Part shown: positions 1-8,765 of the stretch, one piece after another
Layout of the letters: every line of letters begins with the position of its first letter
Position numbering within the stretch: position 1 is the first letter of the stretch
Source of the DNA: an uncultured Pelagibacteraceae bacterium
GTDB taxonomy: Bacteria; Pseudomonadota; Alphaproteobacteria; Pelagibacterales; Pelagibacteraceae
DNA: 64,000 nt
NCBI GenBank assembly: GCA_902552475.1
Contig: CACDJC010000003.1
Location: 8,957-72,956, forward strand
Direction: 5' to 3'
Position numbers and translations under genes: made by a program
Notes under the pieces: model-generated
What the model was told of the DNA's origin: nothing
What the model saw: the letters and a program-made list of their open reading frames with translations, nothing else
Databases searched by the model: none

Positions 1-2
1 TT

Positions 3-719
3 GATTACAACGTACAAATCAGAGTTAAGGAAGATGGAACAGGTGTTGTTACTGATAATGTTAAAATGTCAACTAATCCCCCTGACGATAATGCTATCGA
101 GGAAGCTGTAAAAATCAAAGAGTCGGGCAAGGCAAGTGAAATAGTCGCCATAACTGTTGGTGAAGAAAAAGCTCAAGAAACAGTCAGAAAAGCTCTAGCA
201 GTTGGAGCAGATAGAGGAATTCATATTAAAGCAGACGGTATAATTGAACCACTAGCAGTGTCAAAAATTTTACAAAAAGTTGTTGATAAAGAAAAACCAG
301 ACTTAGTATTTATGGGTAAACAAGCTATAGATGATGATTGTAATCAAACTGGTCAGATGCTCGCAGCTTTACTAAATTGGCCTCAAGCAACTTTTGCGTC
401 AAAAATTGAAGTTAAAGAAAAAACACTTGAAGTTACTAGAGAAGTAGATGAAGGATTAGAAACAATAGAAGTTAGTATCCCCGCCATTGTGACTTGTGAT
501 TTAAGATTAAACGAACCAAGATATGCTTCTTTACCAAATATTATGAAAGCAAAAAAGAAACCCATTGAACAAATAAATGCATCTGACTTAGGGGTTGATG
601 TAAAGCCGAGAATTGAGCAGCTTAAGGTTGAAGAACCTCCAAAAAGAAAAGCAGGAATAAAAGTTTCAAGTGTTGAAGAATTAGTTCAAAAATTAAAAAA
701 TGAAGCGAAGGTAATATAA
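3..719 (+). CDS. etfB: Electron transfer flavoprotein beta subunit (5' end truncated by window edge)
   Basis: Frame is open from nt 3 ([23 protein letters not shown]...), so the ORF-track start at 66 is internal. Motifs [15 protein letters not shown] and [26 protein letters not shown] coupling to etfA. Confidence 0.97.
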   Translation, partial: DYNVQIRVKEDGTGVVTDNVKMSTNPPDDNAIEEAVKIKESGKASEIVAITVGEEKAQETVRKALAVGADRGIHIKADGIIEPLAVSKILQKVVDKEKPDLVFMGKQAIDDDCNQTGQMLAALLNWPQATFASKIEVKEKTLEVTREVDEGLETIEVSIPAIVTCDLRLNEPRYASLPNIMKAKKKPIEQINASDLGVDVKPRIEQLKVEEPPKRKAGIKVSSVEELVQKLKNEAKVI

Positions 720-1672
720 TGTCAGTATTGCTAATTGCAGAACACAATAATAAAGAAATCAAATCATTTACTTTAAATGCAATAACTGCAGCATCTCAAA
801 TCGATGAAGATTTACATGTTTTATTGATAGGACACAATGCTGATGAAGTTGCAAAATCATTATCTTTAGTTCCAAATGTTAAAAAAGTAATACAAGTAGA
901 TAATGAAATTTATGAAAATTATTTAGCTGAAAATTTTACTCCAGTTGTATTAAAACAAGCTGAAAATTATTCTCATATAGTATGTTCTGCAAATACTTTT
1001 GGTAAAAATTTAATGCCGCGTATTGCTGCTTTATTAGATACATCACAGGTAAGTGATATTATTAAAGTTATATCAGCAGATACTTTTTTAAGACCAATTT
1101 ATGCTGGAAATGCATTTGCTACTGTGAAAAGCAGTGATGCAAAAAAATGCGTTACTATTAGACCAACATCTTTTGAAGCTGCTCAAACTTCAGGTGGTAC
1201 GGCTGAAATAATAAAGGCCGACACGCATGAAGCAGCAAAGAATACAAAATTTATCAAAAAAGAAGAGGTTAAGTCTGATAGGCCAGAATTAGGAACAGCT
1301 AGGATTGTAATTTCAGGTGGCAGAGGTATGCAAAGTGGTGAAAATTTTAAATTAATTACTGATATTGCAGATAAACTAAATGCTGCAATTGGAGCATCAA
1401 GAGCAGCAGTAGACGCGGGGTATATAACTAATGACCACCAAGTAGGACAAACCGGAAAAGTTGTAGTGCCTGATTTATATATTGCTGTGGGAATATCAGG
1501 TGCAATTCAACATTTAGCTGGCATGAAAGAAAGCAAAATTATTGTCGCTATTAATAAAGATGGAGAAGCGCCCATTTTTAGTGTTGCAGATTATGGCTTA
1601 GAAGCAGATCTATTCGAAGCACTACCTAAGTTTTTAGAAGAACTTAACAAATTAAACACTATACAAAAATAA
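719..1672 (+). CDS. etfA: Electron transfer flavoprotein alpha subunit
   Basis: RPIYAGNA, SGGRG, GASRAAVDAG, QVGQTGK, LYIAVGISGAIQHLAGM. Confidence 0.97.
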   Translation: MSVLLIAEHNNKEIKSFTLNAITAASQIDEDLHVLLIGHNADEVAKSLSLVPNVKKVIQVDNEIYENYLAENFTPVVLKQAENYSHIVCSANTFGKNLMPRIAALLDTSQVSDIIKVISADTFLRPIYAGNAFATVKSSDAKKCVTIRPTSFEAAQTSGGTAEIIKADTHEAAKNTKFIKKEEVKSDRPELGTARIVISGGRGMQSGENFKLITDIADKLNAAIGASRAAVDAGYITNDHQVGQTGKVVVPDLYIAVGISGAIQHLAGMKESKIIVAINKDGEAPIFSVADYGLEADLFEALPKFLEELNKLNTIQK

Positions 1673-1693
1673 CAAATACTGTAAAAAAATAGT

Positions 1694-3313
1694 ATGTCCA
1701 GAGAAGTGATGGAATACGATGTTGTCATCGTAGGTGGCGGACCATCAGGACTTTCAACTGCAATTAAACTTAAGCAGTTAAATCCAGATATAAATGTCTG
1801 CCTTTTAGAAAAAGCATCTGAAGTAGGTGCTCATATATTATCAGGGAACGTGTTTGAGACACGGGCTTTAGATGAATTATTACCTAATTGGAAAGAATTA
1901 AACGCTCCAATTAAGACCAAAGTTACAAAAGAAAAATTTTTATTTTTAGGTAAGACAAAAAAAATTAGTTGGCCAACATGGTTGCTTCCTAAAGTTCAAC
2001 AAAATCATAACAATTATATTATAAGTTTAGCAAATTTATGTAGATGGTTAGCAGAACAGGCTGAAAGTCTAGGTATAGAAATATTTCCGGGGTTTCCTGC
2101 AAGTGAAATTATTTATAATGAAGACGGATCAGTAAAAGGTGTTGCAACCCAAGATATGGGTTTAGATAAAGAAGGTAATAAAAAAGATAGTTATGAGCCA
2201 GGCATTGAACTTCACGCAAAAGTTACAGTTTTTGCTGAAGGATGTAGAGGTCATTTAGGCAAGCAATTAATAAAAAAATTTGATTTAGATAAAGGTAAAG
2301 ACCCACAACAATACGGAATAGGTTTTAAAGAAATTTGGGAAATAAAAGAAGAAAATCATCAAGAAGGATTGGTAATGCATACTGCTGGATGGCCTTTAGA
2401 TAAAAGTACTTATGGGGGAAGCTTTGTTTATCATGCAGAAAATAGACAGGTTTTTCTAGGATACGTTATTGGATTAGATTATAAAAATCCTCATTTATCT
2501 CCGTTCGATGAATTTCAAAGATTTAAAACCCACCCTTCTATAAAATCAGTAATTGAAGGAGGCAAAAGAATTTCTTACGGTGCCAGAGCTTTAATTGAAG
2601 GTGGTTTTCAAAGTTTACCCAAAATGTTCATGCCAGGAGCTTTATTAGTTGGATGTGATGCGGGAACATTAAACATGCCAAAAATTAAAGGATCTCATAC
2701 GGCTATGAAAAGTGGAATGATAGCAGCAGAAACAATTGCTGATCATTTAAAAGAAAATAAAAATTTATCAGTTTATGAAGATAAGTTTAAAAAAAGCTGG
2801 TTATATAAAGAACTTTTTGAAGCAAGAAATGTAAAACCAAGTTTTAGTTGGGGTTTAATTTTAGGAATAATCTTTACTGGAATTGATCAAATTTTATTTA
2901 GAGGAAAACTTCCTTTTACATTAAGACACAAACATGCGGACCATCAAACATTAAAACCAGCAAATAAAATGCCAAAAATTGAATATCCAAAACCAGATAA
3001 TGTGATCACTTTTGATAAGACCAGCTCAGTTTATTTAACAGGTACCAATCATGCTGATAATCAACCTGTTCACTTACAATTAAAAGATAAAGATTTACCA
3101 ATCAATTTCACATTAGAAAAATTTGATGAACCTGCACAAAGATATTGTCCTGTTGGAGTTTACGAAGTTCAAAGAGAAAATGATAAAGATAAATTTGTTA
3201 TTAACTCTCAAAACTGTATTCATTGCAAAACTTGTGATATTAAAGAACCTTCTCAAAATATTAATTGGGTTACCCCTGAAGGAGGAGGCGGTCCTAAGTA
3301 TGGGAATATGTAG
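1694..3313 (+). CDS. ETF-ubiquinone oxidoreductase (FAD, 4Fe-4S)
   Basis: GGGPSG FAD motif, GAHILSG, C-terminal YCPVGVYE and NCIHCKTCDIK cluster ligands; follows etfBA. Confidence 0.96.
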   Translation: MSREVMEYDVVIVGGGPSGLSTAIKLKQLNPDINVCLLEKASEVGAHILSGNVFETRALDELLPNWKELNAPIKTKVTKEKFLFLGKTKKISWPTWLLPKVQQNHNNYIISLANLCRWLAEQAESLGIEIFPGFPASEIIYNEDGSVKGVATQDMGLDKEGNKKDSYEPGIELHAKVTVFAEGCRGHLGKQLIKKFDLDKGKDPQQYGIGFKEIWEIKEENHQEGLVMHTAGWPLDKSTYGGSFVYHAENRQVFLGYVIGLDYKNPHLSPFDEFQRFKTHPSIKSVIEGGKRISYGARALIEGGFQSLPKMFMPGALLVGCDAGTLNMPKIKGSHTAMKSGMIAAETIADHLKENKNLSVYEDKFKKSWLYKELFEARNVKPSFSWGLILGIIFTGIDQILFRGKLPFTLRHKHADHQTLKPANKMPKIEYPKPDNVITFDKTSSVYLTGTNHADNQPVHLQLKDKDLPINFTLEKFDEPAQRYCPVGVYEVQRENDKDKFVINSQNCIHCKTCDIKEPSQNINWVTPEGGGGPKYGNM

Positions 3314-3688
3314 TTAAGAAATATCTATTGCTAACTTTTTTAATTTTTCGATCGGAACAATTTTGAGAGTATTTATATGTGTCTTTTTTAAGTATAAAGA
3401 ACATCCTACTCCTGCTTCAATGGCTTTTGCTACCCAACTTGCGCAAACACACCAATTGTCTCCACTCTTTAATCCAGGAAATCCAAATTCTGGGTGAGGT
3501 GTTATTAAATCATTTCCAGCTTCTTTACACCATTCTAAAAATTTATCGTTAACTTTTACACAAACAGTATGAAGTCCATGGTCATTTTCATCTGTGTTAC
3601 AACAACCATCTCTAAACCATCCAGTTAATGGATTAATTGAGCATTCTTCAAGATCTTCTCCAAGAACATTTTTTTGAACTTTATCCAC
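3314..3688 (-). CDS. DUF2237 family protein
   Basis: NVLGEDLEECS..PLTGWFRDGCC, PEFGFPGLK.GD.WCVCA. Confidence 0.85.
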   Translation of the reverse strand: MDKVQKNVLGEDLEECSINPLTGWFRDGCCNTDENDHGLHTVCVKVNDKFLEWCKEAGNDLITPHPEFGFPGLKSGDNWCVCASWVAKAIEAGVGCSLYLKKTHINTLKIVPIEKLKKLAIDIS

Positions 3689-4289
3689 TAAATATATCCG
3701 CTGTTTTTTTATCTATACTTAAATTGAAAGAAAAAGATCTTCGTTCACCATCTCTTTTAAAAGGATAAGCTGTATGCATTAAATAATTTGGAAACAAAAT
3801 CAAATCTCCAACCTTAGGTCTGTGGTTAAAAATACTATTATTTAAAAATGACTTTGAGCCATGTATAAAATCAATTGTACCATTAGTCTTAAGTTTTTTA
3901 TTACCTTGCGTTATGTTTTTAGGTATATTTAAATATCCTACACCAGATATATCTCCACTATGAAAATGAATAGGATTATACTCATTCTTAAATTGTCTTA
4001 CTATCCAAAGATTTTTTAGACTTATTTTTTTTGCATTTCTATTAGAGCTTTTTTTAATATAAGTTTTTACACTATTATTTATAAATCTAATTAAATGTTT
4101 GTTTATAAAATTTTTTGAAAGCTGAAACTCTTGTTTTACTTGTCCAACCAACTTATTTGAATAATTGTTTTTTTTTAATTTTTCTTTATTTTTTAATATA
4201 GTTTCTACTTCTTTATTTATTAAAATAATTATTTTTTTTGGAATTTTAATTACAGCAATTTTAGGACCAAATGGACTTATAATTTTCAT
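3681..4289 (-). CDS. Putative 2OG-Fe(II) oxygenase (TIGR02466-like)
   Basis: YNPIHFH...ISGVGY, PKVGDLILFPNYLMHTAYPF, RRSFSFN double-stranded beta-helix pattern. Confidence 0.75.
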   Translation of the reverse strand: MKIISPFGPKIAVIKIPKKIIILINKEVETILKNKEKLKKNNYSNKLVGQVKQEFQLSKNFINKHLIRFINNSVKTYIKKSSNRNAKKISLKNLWIVRQFKNEYNPIHFHSGDISGVGYLNIPKNITQGNKKLKTNGTIDFIHGSKSFLNNSIFNHRPKVGDLILFPNYLMHTAYPFKRDGERRSFSFNLSIDKKTADIFSG

Positions 4290-4294
4290 TTAAA

Positions 4295-4783
4295 TTAGAT
4301 TTTAGTAGGGTTAGGTTGACCTTTGTAAACTTTTTCTGGATCAAATTTTTTTTCTTGTTCTTCAAACTTCATTTCAACTTTTCTACCATTTTCTATTTTT
4401 CCCATAGGTACTGATCTATAAAAACACGATCTATAACCAACGTGACAACTCGCTCCATCTCCAATATCAACGCTTATCCAAACCGAGTCTTGGTCATCAT
4501 CAATTCTAATTTCTTTTACTTTTTGCACAAATCCACTTGTTTTACCTTTGTGCCAAATTTGTTTTCTTGATCTGCTCCAATAATGAGCTTCTTTAGTTTC
4601 AATTGTTAATTTTAATGCCTCAACATTCATATAGCCATGCATTAAAATTTCTTTGGAAGTGGCACAAGTTGTCACAACTGGGATTAATCCATCGTTGTCA
4701 AATCTAGGAGAAAGCAAATTTCCTTCCTCTATTTCAGCGACATTTTCTCTTTTTTTAAACATATTATTGGCTTTATTTAACAT
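4295..4783 (-). CDS. hisI: Phosphoribosyl-AMP cyclohydrolase
   Basis: YWSRSR..WHKG.TSG, DDDQD, ASCHVGYRSCF. Confidence 0.93.
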   Translation of the reverse strand: MLNKANNMFKKRENVAEIEEGNLLSPRFDNDGLIPVVTTCATSKEILMHGYMNVEALKLTIETKEAHYWSRSRKQIWHKGKTSGFVQKVKEIRIDDDQDSVWISVDIGDGASCHVGYRSCFYRSVPMGKIENGRKVEMKFEEQEKKFDPEKVYKGQPNPTKI

Positions 4784-4839
4784 ATTAATGAATATAATAA
4801 ATATTTTAAAATTAAATAATTATTATATAAAACACGGTC

Positions 4840-5442
4840 ATGAAAATAGTAAAAAACGAAAATCAAATAAAAGTTGATTCTGTAACAGATAAAGAAGCAG
4901 AAGAGGCATTTGTCAAAATTTTAAAATGGATAGGTGAAGACCCATCTAGAGAAGGTCTTCTAGAAACTCCAAAAAGAGTCACAAAGGCTTTCAAGGAATA
5001 TTTTAAAGGATACCAAGAAGATCCAAGAGCAATATTAGAAAAAACATTCGGTGATGTTGAAGGTTACAGCGATATGGTTGTACAGAAAAATATCTCTGTT
5101 CAAAGTCATTGCGAACATCACATGGCACCAATAATAGGCGTGGCTCATGTTGCATATATTCCAAATCAAAGAGTTGTTGGATTAAGTAAAATGGCAAGAG
5201 TTGTAGAAGTATTTTCTAAAAGACTTCAAACCCAAGAAAGATTAACAGTTCAAATAGCCACAACATTAATGGAAACATTAGATGCAAAAGGGGTTGCGGT
5301 AACAATTGATTCAACTCATCAGTGTATGACAATGAGAGGAATTAAAAAAGAACAAGCAACAACGGTTACTAATTATTATTTAGGTCAGTTTAGGGATGAC
5401 CTAAGCTATCAAAATAGATATTTGAGATTTATAGCAAAATAG
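4840..5442 (+). CDS. folE: GTP cyclohydrolase I
   Basis: REGLLETPKRV, SHCEHH, GLSK.AR, RLQTQERL, HQCMTMRG. Confidence 0.96.
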   Translation: MKIVKNENQIKVDSVTDKEAEEAFVKILKWIGEDPSREGLLETPKRVTKAFKEYFKGYQEDPRAILEKTFGDVEGYSDMVVQKNISVQSHCEHHMAPIIGVAHVAYIPNQRVVGLSKMARVVEVFSKRLQTQERLTVQIATTLMETLDAKGVAVTIDSTHQCMTMRGIKKEQATTVTNYYLGQFRDDLSYQNRYLRFIAK

Positions 5443-5456
5443 AGTTTAATTTAAAC

Positions 5457-6458
5457 ATGCCTGAAACATTCAAAGCATTGGTGATAAACCAAGAAGGTGA
5501 AAACTTTTCAAGAGAAGTTAGGGATTTAAATTTTGATTTTATTAAAGATGGAGATGTTTTAGTTAAAGTTGATTATTCAGATCTTAATTTTAAAGATGCT
5601 TTAATTTTAAAAGATGGAGCTAAGCTAGTTAAAGATTTTCCAAGAATTCCAGGAATAGATTTTTCAGGAACAGTTGCTGAGAGCAATACAGAAGAGTTTA
5701 AAGAAGGAGATGAAGTAATACTTACAGGATGTAGAGTGGGAGAGATTTACCATGGCGGTTATTCGCAATTCGTAAGAGTCAAAAAAGAGTTATTAATAAA
5801 AAAACCAAAAGAAATTACTAGCAAGCAAGCTATGATTATGGGAACAGCTGGTTTTACAGCACTACTTTGTGCATTTGCAGTAAAAGCAAAAGAAGAGTTA
5901 TTATTACAAGGTAAAGTTAATGATGTTTTGGTTACAGGATCTACGGGAGGAGTAGGGCAAGTTGCTGTTATGGTTCTGAATAAGATGGGATGCAACGTTA
6001 CCGCAATAACAGGAAAAATGGATAAAGCAGATTATTTAAAAGAATTAGGAGCTAAAAACGTTGTAGATCGTAAAGAATTTGAAGAAGAGCCAAAACTAAT
6101 TGGAAAAGGTATGTGGGATGGAGTTATAGATACAGTAGGAGGAAATATTTTAGCAAATGCAATTTCCCAAACAAAACCCAAAGGTATTGTTGCGGCTTGT
6201 GGAAATGCTAGCGGTAATAAATTAAACACTTCTGTAATTCCTTTTATATTGAGAGCTGTAAAGCTTTGGGGCGTAGACTCAATTAACGTAAGCAATAAAA
6301 GAAAAGATTTTGTTTGGGGTGAGGTAGCAAACCTAGTTGACTTCAATATTTTAGAAAAATCAGTTAAAACTATAAGTTTGAATGAATTAATAAATATTTT
6401 TCCCTCTATGCTTAATGGAAAACTAAATAACAGAATAATTGTGGATGTTAATAGTTAA
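5457..6458 (+). CDS. acuI: Acrylyl-CoA reductase-like MDR oxidoreductase (YhdH/AcuI family)
   Basis: LNFKDAL, PGIDFSG, GTAGFTA, VTGSTGGVG, DTVGG, PFILRAVKLWGVDS. Confidence 0.8.
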   Translation: MPETFKALVINQEGENFSREVRDLNFDFIKDGDVLVKVDYSDLNFKDALILKDGAKLVKDFPRIPGIDFSGTVAESNTEEFKEGDEVILTGCRVGEIYHGGYSQFVRVKKELLIKKPKEITSKQAMIMGTAGFTALLCAFAVKAKEELLLQGKVNDVLVTGSTGGVGQVAVMVLNKMGCNVTAITGKMDKADYLKELGAKNVVDRKEFEEEPKLIGKGMWDGVIDTVGGNILANAISQTKPKGIVAACGNASGNKLNTSVIPFILRAVKLWGVDSINVSNKRKDFVWGEVANLVDFNILEKSVKTISLNELINIFPSMLNGKLNNRIIVDVNS

Positions 6459-7348
6459 TGGATTGGGATAAATTAAAAATATTTCATGCAGTTGCTGAAG
6501 CTGGTAGTTTTACAAGTGCAACAATTATTTTAAATCTAAGCCAATCTGCTATTAGTAGACAAATTCAATCCCTAGAAGAAGATTTAAAAGTAAAATTATT
6601 TGAAAGACATGCAAGAGGGTTAACCTTAACAGAAAATGGTGAATATGTTTATAAAACTGCACATGAGGTAATAAGCAAATTAAAGGAAGTAGAAACTTCT
6701 TTAGGAGACCGTAAAGACAAACCTTCGGGAAAGATAACCATTACCACTGTTAGAAGTTTTGGTACTCACTGGCTAACTCCAAGAATTCAAGAATTTATGA
6801 AGTTAAATCCTGAAATCGAAGTGGAATTAATTTTTGATGATAAGGAATTAGACTTAAGTACTAGACAAGCTGATATTGGAATATTTATGAGAAGACCAAA
6901 ACAATTAAATTATATTCAAAGAAAATTAATAGATATTAACTATCATATTTATGGATCTAGCAAATATCTAGAAGCTTATGGAATGCCAAAAACAGTTAAT
7001 GATTTAAATAAACACAGATTTATATCTTTTGGAAAAGGAGCCCCATCCCCAGTATATAATCCTGATTGGGCACTAAAAATAGGGATGAAAGATAATAAAA
7101 AAAGAAAATCAATAATGAAGGTAAACAGCGTAATGGGCTTATTATTGGCGGTTGAAAGTGGTGTTGGCTTAGCTGCGTTACCAGATTACTTAGTTTTTCA
7201 ATCAACAAATCTAATAAAAGTTTTACCTAAAGTAGAAGGTCCTATTACAGAAGCTCATTTTGTTTATCCGCAATCTCTTAAAAATGTAGCTCGAGTAACC
7301 ACATTCAGAAATTTCTTGTACAGTAAGATTTCTGAGTGGAAATTTTAA
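6458..7348 (+). CDS. LysR-family transcriptional regulator
   Basis: N-terminal HTH MDWDKLKIFHAVAEAGSFT...SQSAISRQI plus substrate-binding domain; TAATG-coupled to the upstream gene. Confidence 0.95.
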   Translation: MDWDKLKIFHAVAEAGSFTSATIILNLSQSAISRQIQSLEEDLKVKLFERHARGLTLTENGEYVYKTAHEVISKLKEVETSLGDRKDKPSGKITITTVRSFGTHWLTPRIQEFMKLNPEIEVELIFDDKELDLSTRQADIGIFMRRPKQLNYIQRKLIDINYHIYGSSKYLEAYGMPKTVNDLNKHRFISFGKGAPSPVYNPDWALKIGMKDNKKRKSIMKVNSVMGLLLAVESGVGLAALPDYLVFQSTNLIKVLPKVEGPITEAHFVYPQSLKNVARVTTFRNFLYSKISEWKF

Positions 7349-7387
7349 ATAATCAAAAAAACAGCCAAAAACTGCGACATATTTGCG

Positions 7388-7428
7388 ATTGATAATCATT
7401 CTCATTGAGAATAGTTATTATTCTCAAT
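7388..7428. promoter_or_regulatory. Fur-box-like operator plus an overlapping 10-5-10 inverted repeat upstream of the iron-binding protein gene
   Basis: ATTGATAATCATTCTCATT (7388-7406) matches the AATGATAATNATTATCATT consensus at 17/19. ATTGAGAATA-gttat-TATTCTCAAT lies at 7404-7428. Confidence 0.8.
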
Positions 7429-7472
7429 AATGAAAAACGTATTTTTATTATAAATAACAATTATGAGAGATA

Positions 7473-8501
7473 ATGAAAAAAATATCAATTTTAGCTTTAT
7501 CTGCATCATTATTAATATCTACTTTTGCAATTGCAAACGAAGTAAATATTTTTAATGCCAGACATTATAAAGCTGATGCCGAACTTTATGGAAAGTTTAC
7601 AGCCGCAACTGGAATTAAAGTAAATTTAATTAATGGCAAATCAGGAGCATTAGAAAAAAGAATGATAGAGGAAGGTGCTGACTCTGCGGCAGACCTTTAT
7701 ATTACAGCTGATGCTGGAAGATGTGGGGCTTTTCAAGCAAAAGGAATGACGCAAAGTGGTTTAGTTTCACCAACAATTAAATCTTCTGTTTCAAAAAACT
7801 TTAGAACAACACACTGGGTTGGAGTGGCAAAAAGAGCAAGAATAATTTACTACTCGCCAGAAAGAGTTACAGGTGCTGAATTATCTGGAATGAGTTATGA
7901 AGGTTTAGCAGATCCAAAATGGAAAGGTAGATTAGTAATTAGAAAATCAAGCAATATTTACAATAAATCTCTTGTAGCTTCATTAATTGATAATAATGGA
8001 AAAAAAGCTACTGCTGACTGGGCAAAGGGAGTTGTTGCAAACATGGCAAGAGAATCTACAGGAAATGATAGAGCTCAAATTATGGCAGTTGCAGCTGGAG
8101 AAGCAGATATAGCTGTAGCTAACACATATTATTTAGCTCTAATGCTTTCTGGTAACAAGGGTGCAGAACAACAAGAAGCAGCTAAAAAAGTTAAAGCATT
8201 TTTTCCAAATCAAGATGGCAGAGGAACTCACATGAATATTAGTTGTGCCGCTTTAGTCAAAGGTGCACCAAACAAAGCAAATGCTATTGCTCTTGTTGAC
8301 TATTTATTATCACCTGAAGCTCAAGAACACTTTACTAATAATACTTTTGAGTTTCCAATGATTGCAGGTGTTTCACCAAGTCCATTAGTAGTAAATAATT
8401 TGGGATTAGATTTTAAACAAGATCTATCAACAAAAGTTTCTAGTTATGGAAAATATCAGGCAGATGCATTAGAAGTAATGACAGCTGCTGGTTGGAAATA
8501 A
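7473..8501 (+). CDS. futA: Fe(III) ABC transporter periplasmic binding protein (FutA/FbpA/Sfu type)
   Basis: Signal peptide; EVNIFNARHY, RKSSNIYNKSL, GNDRAQI, ANTYY tandem tyrosines; followed by permease and ATPase. Confidence 0.93.
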   Translation: MKKISILALSASLLISTFAIANEVNIFNARHYKADAELYGKFTAATGIKVNLINGKSGALEKRMIEEGADSAADLYITADAGRCGAFQAKGMTQSGLVSPTIKSSVSKNFRTTHWVGVAKRARIIYYSPERVTGAELSGMSYEGLADPKWKGRLVIRKSSNIYNKSLVASLIDNNGKKATADWAKGVVANMARESTGNDRAQIMAVAAGEADIAVANTYYLALMLSGNKGAEQQEAAKKVKAFFPNQDGRGTHMNISCAALVKGAPNKANAIALVDYLLSPEAQEHFTNNTFEFPMIAGVSPSPLVVNNLGLDFKQDLSTKVSSYGKYQADALEVMTAAGWK

Positions 8502-8675
8502 ATGTTAACAATCAAAAAAGAATTTATTTCTGATGTTGATTATAATAAATCAGCCAGCTCATGTCCCACATGTGCTAAGGAGTGTGAAAAAATCAACAAA
8601 AGAATAAATAACAGAAAACTATTGGAAATTGAAACCAAGGAGGTTCCGCACATCTTAAAAGTTTTTAATTTTTGA
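8502..8675 (+). CDS. Small 57-aa protein with CxxCxxxC motif (not in ORF track)
   Basis: ATG directly after the futA stop; MLTIKKEFISDVDYNKSASSCPTCAKECEKINKRINNRKLLEIETKEVPHILKVFNF*; followed by a terminator-like hairpin. Confidence 0.6.
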   Translation: MLTIKKEFISDVDYNKSASSCPTCAKECEKINKRINNRKLLEIETKEVPHILKVFNF

Positions 8676-8689
8676 TATTTTCTTAATTT

Positions 8690-8740
8690 AAAAGTGTCCA
8701 TGAGTAATTTATCCTTTTCCCATGGACACTTTTTCTTTTC
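8690..8740 (+). terminator. Intrinsic terminator/attenuator-like hairpin between binding-protein and permease genes
   Basis: AAAAGTGTCCATG (8690-8702) / CATGGACACTTTT (8721-8733), 13-bp stem followed by a T-rich tract. Confidence 0.75.
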
Positions 8741-8765
8741 ATGATTATAAGGCGGATTATAATGT

